This document shows, in pieces, positions 1 through 13,300 of a DNA stretch of 64,000 nucleotides. The notes below the pieces were generated by a model that ran no database searches, had not been told where the DNA came from, and was given only the letters and a program-made list of their open reading frames with translations. A program made the position numbers and the translations under genes. Location: the NCBI GenBank assembly GCA_030141605.1, contig JAQGDQ010002367.1, forward strand, positions 434,001 through 498,000. Direction: 5' to 3'. This stretch comes from Tubiluchus corallicola. Its lineage: Eukaryota > Animalia > Priapulida. The first letter of the stretch is position 1. Each line of letters starts with the position of its first letter.

Positions 1-580
1 CATCTTTCAGAGCTTTATCCTGTGGTGACCATACTACTGATGCAAATTCTAAAATAAGATGAACGACTGCTTTGTGTATAGAGGGACTATCGCATTAGCA
101 GATCTTGAAATGACACAACGTTTGATCATACCAATTCAGCGATTCGCCTCAGCTATTATATGATTAACATGGGTGTTCAGCATTATGTTATTGGATCTGT
201 AACTGCCTAAATCACGTGCAACAGATTTCTCTTCTATGACTCCATCACTGATATAATATAGTGTGTGAGATTTATTCCACATGTGTAAGCAACCTTTACT
301 TCTCTCAAGTCTTAACCATTCATTGCACCAATTTCATTGAGATCATTTTGTAAAATAAATTGGTCAAAGTCACCCCAGATTGGGCGATAGGGCTTAAGAT
401 CATACTAATAAAGGGATGCTTGTATGCAGAGATACACAATTAGTAATGTCGTTTATAAAAATAAGAAAGCTGTAAGGGCCACTAAGGGTACCTGGGGACT
501 CCACTAACTACTGGTTGCCAGTTTGTAGTTATGCCATTCATAACAATGGTTTATTGTTATAAAGGAATTTGATACCTTTA
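1..580 (-). mobile_element. Decayed CR1/L2-like LINE RT fragment (probably the same family as the element at 34282-38310)
   Basis: Minus-strand translation across frameshifts gives ...NWQPVVSGVP-GTLSGPYSFLIFINDITNCVS...KPYRPI...DGVIEEKSVARDLG...HIIAEANR*IGMIKRC..SRSANAIVPLY...ILEFASVVWSPQ. This closely parallels the ORFs at 34946-35203 and 34571-34891 (GTLSGP, KPYRPI, EEKSV..DLG, AIVPLY). It runs off the window edge. Confidence 0.75.
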
Positions 581-1353
581 ACAGTGGTAGGGCATAGATT
601 AAGCTTATAACTATAAATTTTTGGATCAGTAACTGTACATATTTGGATTTTTTACAATTTTTTAAAGAATTGCACAAAAACAATTATACTGTAATTATGA
701 GTGCTGCACTGCTAAGCTGCAAGTAATCGATAAGCACCAGTGATGGCCAGTTAGATAATAACAATAATAATTAACGCGTGTTTGTTTAATTTCCTGCTTG
801 TGGCTGGTAGTTCTTCACAGTCTTTGAGTATATCTGTATCTGAATTTTTGTTTATTCACTGAATGTGAATATAAAATTCACAGTGCGAAAGTAGAACTCT
901 GTGAGATAAACTGTAAAATGAAGCTAAAAATGTGCAAAACTTTTTCACCAATTAAAATTGTAAATATGTTGCGTGGTATTTTGTTGACTATATGCTTATT
1001 TAAAGTTTGTATTATCACAGAAAAATTTTAATCTTGTCAGTCAAAAATTAATTTTTTACTACTTCTAACCAGATACTTTGTAAGACAGTAGCTGCTTTTT
1101 CACAGTGATTCAGTATCATCTTAATTGTCAGTGCAATAGTCTTAAAGTATGTCAATCTCTTCGGGGCAACTTTGTTCCTCTAATGAGATAACATGCAGGT
1201 TTTGCTATTGAGCGATCACTGCTTAAAAATGCTATGATTTATTGGCAAAAAATCACCTTGAGCTTAAAATAAACCATTAAACCTTTTTTGTTGAACTTTC
1301 GTAAAAGCTTAACAAACAATTCATAAATAGATAAGTACTGATTTCATTATCAG

Positions 1354-4300
1354 GCACTCAAGCTGACGAGACAACAATTTCAAAATCAGAGAAAGAGAAA
1401 CGTGCCCGTAGACCTGCAAAGAAACCCTCAAAACGACCAGACAGGGAATTGTACACTCCACGTCACAGGAAGAAAATTGATGATATGATTAGGTGGGTAT
1501 AAACAGGGATTTTTTTTGAATTTTTTTGCAGTTTTCATGAATGAAGCCTTGCTGGCTTGACGATGTTATAGTAAGATGTCATCAGCATTATTGATTTATG
1601 CTACATCAATTAATGTTGATGAAACGATTATTAAATTTAAACAATAATGAGATTTTTGTATGCCTTCTAAAGTATTCATTTCTTTAACTAGAATAGTGTT
1701 AATGTAATCGTATTAGTTTTTAGTTAATTCATTGGCTGTCTAGCTATAACTGTCTGATTTGTGTGACAGACTTTTTCTATGCCCTAGTTTATTTTATAGC
1801 TTACATAAAAAATATGATTTTGATCTGTCAGTAGTAGGTGGCTTGACACTAAACAGATTTCAACTAAAAACAATATTATCAATAATCAGCAAAATGAAAT
1901 TGTTTGATTTGTGATATATTTAGTGTCTAACAGCTGAATACCAAAATTTTAATTTGATACAGGCTAAATAAGTGGGTTTATTATTACTTTTGTCTTTTTT
2001 AATTAGTTTCCTTGCTATTTTCAGTACAAGTAATGAAGAAACTGGGGAAGAAAGTCCAATGAAGATTGATATTCGTCAGAGCAATACGGCAGTGAAGTGC
2101 AATGATACTGCGAAGAAGTCTCCTAATCAAATCAACAATGTTGGAAAACAGTCACCTAATCAAAGCAATAATATTGGAAAACATTCACCTAATCAAAGCA
2201 ACAATGTTGGAAAACAGTCACCTAATCAAAGCAATAATGTTGGAAAACATTCACCTAATCAAAGCAACAATGTTGGAAAACAGTCACCTAATCAAAGCAA
2301 TAATGTTGGAAAACATTCACCTAATCAAAGCAACAGTGCTGGAAAACCTTCACCTAATCAAAGCAACGATGTAGCAAAACAGTCGCTTGTTCAGAGCGAT
2401 GTTTCAGAGCTGTCCCCTAATCAAACCAAGCGTTTTATGAAACAGTCACCTGTTATGAGCGACGATACTTCAACGTGCAATAATGCAGAGAAGCAGTCAT
2501 TGAGTTGCTTGAGTGAGAAGACTGTTAAACGTTCACGTCGTCCTGCTCAAGCAATTTACGTGCCCAAACATCGACAGCAGGCATCAAAACCTGAGCCGTC
2601 TCAAGGCAAATATTTTTTATATATAAACTGTCATTGACATTTTCTGCACAATTTTGTGAATGCTGTGTTTTGTAATCGTAGCATTTACTATTATTCTGTA
2701 GCATACAGAACTACACTGTGTTTACACATTTATCTCATTTGCTTGATATAAGTCACTTTTGACTACATATACCATTGATATCATTATTTATGTGTGTCAT
2801 TGACTATTATAGTTAATTGTCATTTAATTTCTACTGTAGTAGTGTTTGTACAAACAAAATGTAGTGGTCTATGTTGTGAAGTTATACGTACATATCTTCT
2901 TAACAACTAAATCTAACTCTGGTAACTATAATATTGGCTATTTTCTTGTAGAAACATTACCTGCTTGTGAAAGTGGAAACAGTAGGTCTATGGTGAAAGA
3001 AATGCCCAAGACTCCAATCAGAACCAGTAGCCCATCTCAGCGTTCTAAACGTAGTCCGGTTGAGCACAACAAGCAAAAAGTTTCACCAAAAACAAGGGCT
3101 GATGATTCTCCCACATCTAAGAGTGAATCTGACGAATATCGAATACCAAAAGTTGGGGAAGTTCCGTCTGCACCTGTTGCTGTACGATCATATTCTGATT
3201 TTCGTCGTAACAGACATAACTATTCTGCTCGACAAAGTAGTGAAGGTAAACAAGCAAAGAATGATACCAGTCTGCCAAATGTAAAACTAAAAGAACCAGT
3301 AAAGGCTAATGTGAAAAAAGGCACATCTTCTCATAAAAATGTGACTGACTATTTAGATGATAAGCTAGCTGAGTTTTCTAATAAGAGTGTGAGAACAGGT
3401 AAAAATGTCAGTGATGGCACTCAGGAAGAATCTGACTGGGATACAAGTTCCAAATCAACTAAATTATACACTTGGCCAAGTGACCCACAAGACTTGGCAA
3501 AAGCCACCTGTGCACATGTATCTACCGAAATTTATGAAAGTGCAGATTTAGATAAAAAGATCTCTGAGTGTTTTGTAAATGAGAAACCACAACCACAGAG
3601 AGTGAGGCAAAGGCAGCATGGTACAAGTAAGTGGGAATCTACAGGCAAATGGGAAGCCTCACATGAAGATTCACTGCTATCGAGTGAAGATGTGCAAAAC
3701 AATGGGAATTTGTCAATACCTGAAAGGGAAAACTGGTATAGAGAATTAAATGAGATTATCACTCATAAAGAAGAAAAGATAAAAAATCAGCAAAAGAATA
3801 AAAAACCTGTCGTGGAGAAGAATAATTCAAGCAAGCAAACGGTACGTGGTAAAGTTTGTGTGTTTTATAATATAAATCTGTATGAATCATGTAGTTTTAT
3901 GAAAATTTTTACATTAAAAAGATTGTAACATGTTCATAAAAGTGTAAGGTAGTTTCATTTTAGGTAATCTTCATAAGCTGCTTGTATAGCTTTTTTGCTT
4001 GAGAACATGTAAAGCATTTTATACGTTGCTTTCATTTACTAGGAACCAAGTAGCTGTTTTTCAGAAACAACCGACACTGCCGATTGGAATAACGTGTCCT
4101 GTAGCCAATTTATTGACACTGGAGGTAGGTTAGCTTTTCTATTTTCACAATGTTGAATGCTAAGTTTCTGTAATTAGAGACATTGCGAAAATTGTTTTTC
4201 CGAAAACGGCTCGTTGCTAAAGTGCTGAACTTTAACAAAACACTTTTATACAGTAATTAAGATCCTACGGGCTTTTGTTGGTTGAGCTTGATATCACCAT

Positions 4301-7300
4301 TATTGATTTTTTGCAGCACTTTTCTCACTTCCATTTACACATATTAATTATATTTTCTTGTTGTTATGCATATTTTCCTAATTGAAAATTATTAAAGCTG
4401 ATTTTTTTCTTTGTTTTTGGTGCCTCTGTAGTCCTATTTAATTCCTGGCTTCAAAATGTTTTTCGTCATCATCATGAAATTAATGAATCTGAGTCTCATT
4501 TACAATAATTTTCGAATCTGGATCAAATCTATATCTCTATTTAACAGAATTTTTGAAATAGAATCAAATTTGAATTTCGATTTTCTAGGTATATCTGTAA
4601 ACCGAATCTTTTTCGAATGGCTTGGGGTGTCATTTCTTGCACATTTTGTAATGTATTGCACATTTGCTCATAAGATTTTATTTCTTGGATATGCAGAAAC
4701 TGAAACTGTGCTGACATTTGTGTATTTCAAGTAGGACAAAGTTATCAAAAAAGGCAGAAAATTGAGCAATTCAGTTTTAAAAATTTAAATGTAAAAGATT
4801 GCATAATTGCTTTCTAATAAGGCTCTGCCGAACCGCTTCTGCAATCGAACTGATTAAACTGATTCTTTTTTTCATTTCTCTGGAATCAGGTTGGATGTAA
4901 AGTAACATAGAACTTTAACAAATCAAATCGAATTAAAGCTTCTTTTCGGATTCAGTTTCGAAGCTTCAGTTCTGTTGAAGTTTCATGAGAACTGGAACTT
5001 CGTGAAATCTGTACCATGTGCATTTTTAGGCCACACTAGTGTCGATGAATTAATTGACATGAATGTAAGAGAGGCCAGGATGCGTACAATGAGTTGGTCT
5101 GAGATCGTCGATGAAGAGTTGAGTCAGGGTTGCTTGAGCGAATGTAGACGATCATGTGGCAGTCTGCGATCTCGTGGATCATCACAATGTTCACAGGATG
5201 ATTTTGATGATGAGCAGCTAGAAGATTGGCAGCGAAGTGCCTTCAGTGGCATTAACTCAGCAGATGAGGTGGGTGATTGGTTTTTATGTTTGTTACAGTA
5301 TGTAAACCATTGTGCTCAGTATGGTTCTAGGAAATTGTGTACGTAGAAAATCATTAGAGCCTTATTCTATAATAGAAAGAACTAAAACATTTTTTTGACA
5401 GGAATATCAATGAACATTGCTTTAGAATTGGAGTTTCTGCTGTTGTCGTTTACGACTATTGATACTCTTTTGAATTCAGTAATTTGAATGCCCATTGCTT
5501 ATTTCAGCTCAATTTTGCCATAATGAATAAGTGTTGACTGTGTCAGATTTACTTTCTCAATAATAACCTGATTTCTGATTTAATGAGATTAGCATGTTCT
5601 GTGCTAAACTGTATCTTAGACTCATGGCAGTTTTTGTTTGGTATTTCGTCAGGCGTTTGAGTTAAGGTCTCGAAACTATGCCAGTGGTGAGTTCGGGAGG
5701 GGTGTACATGACCTATTAAAACGAGACGTAGCCTTTGGAGGGAACTGGAACTGCCCCATTGTTTCACTTTTCTGTTTTTGGAAGCTCCACCTCCAAGCAA
5801 TTGAATAGCCATTTAGAATAATTATCTAACTAAATTACCACTAAACATATTTTCAGAATAAACATCTAAGCTTCATACTTAATTATATCAATACTTGGAC
5901 AGTCCTTTCAAAGACAATTTTTTTACCTGCTCTTCGCATAACTTTTACCATTTATGTCAGCCTTTATATGTGACACATGCATGAGTGTAAAGCATGATTC
6001 ATCAACAACTATCTATCAGTTTAAGAACATGTTGCATTGTTAGTTACCATGACAACTTAATAGCACTTACTTATACGGAGAGGTACCAAGCTTAAGAGTT
6101 GCTATTTATATGATAATCATTAGAATATATGCTAATTTGAGGCTTCATGCTGTATCAAAGCAGATTATACGATAATTATTTAAATACGAAACAAAAAATG
6201 CAAGTTTGAAAAATTGTGCACTGAAAACATATAAAGCGTTGGGAAGTAATTGTACTTTGATATCTTTGTAGTCTGAAGCATGCTGATTGCAGTAATGGTC
6301 CCAGTTTCTTGAAAAAATGTAATTTCAAAAAAGAATGCTCATTATGACATTGATTAAGCTTGGTTTTGCATGTGCAGAAATTAGTGACATTTTCTGTGTT
6401 TTAACAAATTTAATTTGACATTTATTAGTGCTACTTTTTGGTGTTATAGTTACTTATTGAGTGCATATTTGTAATAATTTTCTGAAATTTTGCAATGATT
6501 GTGGATTTTGGACAAATATACAATAATTTTTAGCCTCCAATACATTAATCAGCTTCATACAAAACGGTACCCTGATGTATCACTTCTTTTTTAGCATTTT
6601 GAAGTCTGTTGTTTGCATTTTTAATTCAAAATTAAACTAAATTCGTATATCACAGAGTTGGAGTGCTGTAAAATCAGTTGAGTCACATTCACTGCCTCGT
6701 CGCTATAATCGAAGTAAAAAGAAAAAGGCTCAACGAATGACTCGTTCAATGGAGACTCCTCTTCGTGGTTTGCAGCATTCTGACCAGGGCATTAAGGATG
6801 CGAATATGAGTGAAAAGCAAGATGGTGAGAGGTAAATTATAGTGTATTTATTCACTGAAATAATGTGTATGCAGTATGCAGAATTTTTATTGGCCAAAGC
6901 AGTTTGGTATGTGTTGAACAAATTTGCCTATGGCGTAAATTTGAGGTATACTAAACTTTGAATATTAACTTCTAACCTTGTTCAACAAGCTGTATGATCT
7001 TTAGGTTAGCTTGAAAACTTGGTACAAAAACTAGGCAAGTGAGTGTTCTTGTACTTTCATATTTCTTTATTGCTATGATTCAAAAACGTGTTTATTTCAA
7101 TGCATTCATTTTTATGATTTTTTTCATTGTTCAATTTTTCATAGTGATAAGGTTTCACAAGCTTCTCGTGTCAAGTTTTATTGGTCAAATTGTTCAGCAA
7201 AAAACTCAAGTGCTGTTATTGTGCAATTCTGAATGTATAAAAGTGTTTTAAGTAGCATTCTTTTTTAACTTTAGAAGCGTAAATGAATTACATGATCTTA

Positions 7301-10300
7301 GTTTCATGTAAATTTGTTTATTGTAATTTAAATTTTAATCTAAAGCCTCCAATGGCAATCAAAAGGACATCAGAAGATGAGAAGTTCTAGAACTAGGACA
7401 CGCATAACCAAATCCGAAAGCATTGAAAACCTAGCGATACAGCAATTTAATAACAGGTATGTATTGATTAAAGGTCAAATTTAACATTTCTATTTTATAA
7501 GAAAACCCAACCCAATCTTAAACATTTCTATTTTATAAGAAAACCTGACCCAGTCTTAAATTATAACTTGAAACAATCTACTTTATAAGATATTAAAATT
7601 GAACGTACTAAATTTTTAAGAATGATGTGAAGGACTTCAGAACCATAATTTCGCTTTCATGCGACTAGTTGCGTGCATTTTGCCATTCGTAGGGTAGACC
7701 ATTAGACGGGCATTAACGCCTAGATGTCAGAAATGCAAAATGCGTGCTGTACCTCTCAGTTCAAAAATATTCTGTTGTGAGATATTACACACATTCGAGC
7801 GGTCATGCGTGAGAGGAAAACTTCAAATTTGAATTTCAAACTTAAAATGTGTTGTATTTCACACTGAATGTTATATAGTAGCAATGTACTTTCATTTTGG
7901 CTTTCGCAAACACTTATAATAGTCATAAGATGTATAACAAATAAAAAATGGTAAAATTTGTCCCTGAGATAGCAGCGATATCTGCTCTGGCCCGTTTATT
8001 AGCTGAGAGCTTATATGCTGACGGCATGCTTTTTAGTAATAAAGTTACATGATGACATTGAGTGTGACTTGTCTGCTGCAAGACAACTGATGCTAGGCAT
8101 AAGCTGTAATGCAGCATTGGTTGCTAGTTTTTGTGTGTAATGTAGTTCATAACGCTTTGTAGGAACCGCAGTAATAGTGATGCTACTGAAGCACAAGTTT
8201 GGCAGAAACATTCAGAGAAAACCATGCGTTTTACCTCCACCAGGTTGAACTATGGGAAAAGAAATGATGTTAATAGAGACAGTCATTATGCTCGTGCTGA
8301 TAAAGATCCCTCATGGAGGCGTGAGCCAGACAAATGTAATGTTGTAAAAAGGGGACTACAAACTCGTCGTGCTGACTGTGATGCTGAAGTGTTCCCGAAG
8401 AGCAAGAATCCTTTAGCTGATAAAATGGGAAACTTGCCACCAAGGTTACAAGCAAAGTATTTAGAAAAGCAGAAGGGACAACCAAGTAAAATTTCTGATC
8501 ATGAGCAAAGTAGAATGACGCCTAGTCCGAGCACAATGAGAAGAGCTTCCACAGATAATTGTTTTGATGAGTTGTACAAATCCCCACCATGCCAACAAAG
8601 GCTCTCAGGCGAACAAATTACCTCTCATGTGCCGGGTGTGCTGCATTTACCTGCCAATTCAGGATCATCATTTTCAGAAAATGTGGTTTACAACAAGCAT
8701 AGTGTCCAGAACTTCAATTCTCCTTCACAGCAATATCACTGTTATGGTCGTGATTCTTCTCTAGTCTTTGTAAATACAAGTAATCGAGATGAGCAGACGT
8801 CAGGGAGGATGACTGCATCACCTTCTAGTGAAAACACGCCGTACTCGCCAAATTCTTTTCCAAAAGAATCGCCTTCGCAAGCGTGTCGAATGCCAGCTGT
8901 TGATATTCGATATGATCCGAAATATCAAGCGTTGATGCTTGAAAGAGCAAGACTGAACGAGCAGTCGAATTATAATGTTGGTTTCCAACAGGGTGATACT
9001 TATTATAGAGGATCCGGTGGATCTATGGCTTACCCAGACACTTATATTCCCTGGTATTATCAAAGGTACATTTTACCTTTCTATGATCAGTAAACCTATA
9101 ATTGTTGGATCATTAATTGATAATCTTGACTTTAAAATTCTAAATAATTGATTGATTACTTGCAGATTAGTTTAAGCTCTAAAATAAGTAACCATATTTG
9201 TATGTGTTAGTTTAGCGTGAGTAGTTTAACACTTGGAAATGCTAATTTGTGTTGATGAGCTAATTAATTTAATGTGATTAATTTAAGCCATGCCTTCATC
9301 ACAAGAGACTCTGTAGTCCAAATGTGTCAGACTTCTAATCCAAAGGCCTACGGTTCAAATTGTGGTTGTATCTTTGCTCTTCCATGCTCAGTCTTTAAAA
9401 CCATATTTTTTCCATGTTGGCCATGTTTGGTTTTAAAAGGTTTAAAAATTGAAATATTTATTCCATTGCCATATGAAAAAGTTTAAAATCAAGGTAAAAA
9501 CAGATTTTGCAGTTTTACATTTTTTGTGTCCTGATTATTTTATCACATTCAACCTCTGCTCTTGCATTTTTGATTTTATTACATTTTTTGTTAACAAATA
9601 GATCTCATAACAGGGTACTTCATTTTTTAACTGTATGTGTATTTGTTTGTATATATATTTCTACTATTATATCATTGCTTTATATATTTTAAGTAATTTT
9701 CTGATTTTCTAGACCAGATGAGCAAACCCAGCTGCATGGTCAACCCGGTGCTTATTCTAAGGCAGAGGTTGTTTTAGTAGAACTAAATAACATTGAGTCA
9801 TGTCTGTCTAGACTTCTATGTAAACCATATTATTTGGATGGTGATAGGAACCATATCTTACATTTAAGGTAAGCGAAAAAGCATGAAGTGATTCTTAACT
9901 TGAAAAATTCACAAAAATTGACAGAATGAAGGGTACCAGCTAAAATTGTACATGGCTTGCTTCACTTCGAATTTGTCTACCCCCAGCATGTTAAAGGTTA
10001 GCACAAGTATACCTGCTTTGTGACAATTCATTTCTTTTAATTTTGCTTTCCCATGGGATGATTTGAATGTCTGAAACATAAAACTAGAAGTACGTTGCTT
10101 TAATGAAAACGTGATTGTAATTTAATATTTGTACTTGTCAGATTGCAGTTGCAAGGCAAATTTGAGGAGCTGGTTTTAATAGATCCCGATTTAAACAAAA
10201 AACATGGATTGGAGCAAGATATGTGGAAACGGGTATTTTACAAGGTCGGTGTAACTTTTTTATATGCCAGCAAATTACAGAAATATTAATTATTAATGGA

Positions 10301-13300
10301 GCATTTAGATTCTGATAAAAAATAAAAAACTTAAAAACATTTTTATTTGCAATACATTAATTTTTTCATGTAAAATGATTTAGCCGTATCGGCTTCGACG
10401 TTGTACTACTAATTTTTTCATGTAAAATATGCTTAGCAAAATCAACTGATTCGAAAATGTTTTGTTTTTGGTACCTGGCTATTTTTATTGCACGTCAACA
10501 ATGAATTATTACCTTTACAAGAAATGTCTGAAATGATATGTACACTTGTGCCTAAATAAATAATACGTGCCAAATCCAAACACATTAGTACTTCCATTCT
10601 AAATGCTGTGGTTACATTATACTTTCTGAATCATTATTTCTAGATTTTTAACAGTTTAAAAAACTAGAATGGATCTGGCCTATGTGCTTGGAACCTTCAT
10701 ATCCTATTTTGCTCATTTCTTGTAAAGTAAGTAATTTCCATAATAAAATCATGGAACGTATTCACTGTTATTATAGCTTCATAATATGAGTGCTACAATA
10801 ACAACATGTCTGAGCTTTAGGGAACCTGCAGTTCGTGCTGGATCCAAAAATATAAATGTTATACATTTTGTTTTCGTTGCTTTATTTTCTTTTCATTCGC
10901 CTTTGTTCACGACACCGGTGTTTTTCAAGGTAATCGAAGACTTCCGAAGGCAGATAGATGAAACTAAGAGCGAAGAGGAAAAATCTGAGATCAAATCGTG
11001 CCTTCTGCGAGTATTAGAACAAGTAATGTAAATCCTGCATTTGTAACAACTACATTCAAAAAATGATAATTATATTTGAGAAATTGTAATCTAAACAGTC
11101 TTGCTTTCAGCTCTTTTAATAGAATCTTGAACCAGATGTGGTGTGTTGAATAAGATTTACAAAGCAAAATTTTGTTGTTTACTTTTCGTATGCACATGCA
11201 AACATTTACGCAAATAATGTTTCTTGTATTTTTTATAACAATAACAGACTTTAAACTATAAATGCCTGTGAAAAAGTGCAGTATACTGAGCTGTTTTTTT
11301 TGTTTGAATTTTGCAATTAAAGTAAACATTACTAACAAATTGCTTTATGCTACTGCAAACATAATTTCATTAATTAAAAAACTACGTGTGCTAAATAAAT
11401 GTGAATAAGAAAATGTGGTATGTTTCTTAAATGTAGTTCAACAATGTTAGCATTTAATAGGCCTGTCATAGAATATGTATATAAAAGGTGTTGGATTTGA
11501 ACAGAAGGTCATGTTTATTATTTGCAGGGCGCAAACTTCTATGAAGAGTTGTTAGAGAAAATTCAACGCATGTACAGTTTAGATCTGAATACTTTTTTGC
11601 AACCGGATTTCATTCGCCCGGAGCAGCCAAAACGGGAATTGAAATTAGGAATATTAAGCGCACATCGGTATTATCTTTGCTTAGGGGACATTGCCAGATA
11701 CAAGGAACAAGTAAATGACACATCTAACTATGGCAGGGCTAGAAAGTGAGTTTTTGTAACTGTGATAGATGTTGTATATACTGTCTAATGCTAGGTCAAA
11801 TAAAATTTGATTTGATTTCCGCTTGATAACAAAGTCGTTCCTTAATTCATTTTTATATAGCTAGCATCTTTAGATAAATAGACAGTATGCAACAAAAAGG
11901 AAAGCATTTTTTACATGTTTACTGTTGCCTTGTGCTGTTTTCATTTGTAATGACCAATGGATCTTTCAATGGCACTGTACTTCTCTTTACCATGTTGACG
12001 CATTTTAATCAATATTGAAATGCCAGATGTGCAGTACTAATTCTTTTCGAGTCTGTCTGTTCATAGAATCTTTTTGCATAGAGCCATGATTTTTAGTCAT
12101 ATAGCAGATATCAAAGTAATTTAAAGATTTGAATGAAAAACAGCTGGACTGTGAGTACTTCCTGCTCTTCTTCTGTCTTCCTGGTGTAAATTTTGCAACA
12201 TTGTTTTTTAGCACAATAGTGGTACTACTTTTTTATGCAAACTGTAACGTGTTAGCAAAGCTAAACACTTTGAAATAAAATGTTCATTTTTGGCTGGAGA
12301 TTAAAGGTAATGCTAAGGCTTTTCTTGTTATTGTACTTAATCTTGGTAATGTTAAATAAAATCATAGTAACTGTAATTCGTTAAAATCTGTTTCAGCTGG
12401 TACATTAAAGCACAGAAGCTATGGCCTAAAAGTGGACGTGTTTATAACCAGTTGGCTTTACTGGCGCATTATACGGTATGATATAAGTTATTGTATAAGA
12501 GCTTTTGTGGCTTATTCAGTTTATATAAAAATAATAATATGCATTGTAGGTGTTGTTCAAAAATATTTCAGGATGGCAGTGGTTTTTAAGAGGTTTGTTT
12601 AAGAATTTAGATCACATTTACCTTCTGTTTTATTATAGTTGAGAATGTAAAAATTTGACAAATTGGTTTTTGAACATTATCAACCTTAACTGCAAGTGGC
12701 GTTCTTAAGAATTGGGACATGCTGTGACTGAAGCTTGGCAGTTTTAATTTCAAAATTTAGCTGCTCTTTGAGTTCTGGTTTGTTGCAAATTCTTCATGAA
12801 CATGTTTTTATCCGTTTTACTTGTAAATATTCTAATGTCTTATTACAATAATCTTTGTAACTAGCATTTCTTGTTTGACTATGCAACAGTAATGATATTG
12901 CTAATTCTTAAGTTCTTTAATTTAAATGATAAGATTTTGTTTTATTTTGTGATACCACCAGAGGTTGTTTGCATTAGTTTTTGTAACCGCATTTGTATAA
13001 TTGGCTTTATTTATAGCTATATTCTATACTTGGTTATTTTCTGCTGTAGAAACGAAAATTGGATGCAGTGTATTATTACATGCGAAGTTTGGCTACCAGT
13101 ACGCCATTTGCGTCAGCTAGAGAAAGCTTAGCTTTGGTTTTTGAAGAGATAAGAAAAAAGGTTTGTTGAGATGTTTAATGCGATGCAGTTAAAATATACC
13201 TAGAGCCCATTAATAGATCTGCATGTTAAATGAGTCGCACAAAACCATTTGTCCAAAATGAAAATGCTTGCCGGTTTACACTTCACTGAATAGCAGGTAG

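Noticed and set aside
2119-2382. Regular 33-bp repeats resembling a CRISPR array
   Set aside because: There are no unique spacers, the repeat is in frame within a eukaryotic exon, and no cas genes are present.
2102-9063. Alternative-frame and antisense ORFs overlapping SMG6 exons (similar ones overlap WDR45 and VPS41)
   Set aside because: These are shadows of real coding sequence or of the tandem repeat, with no independent support.
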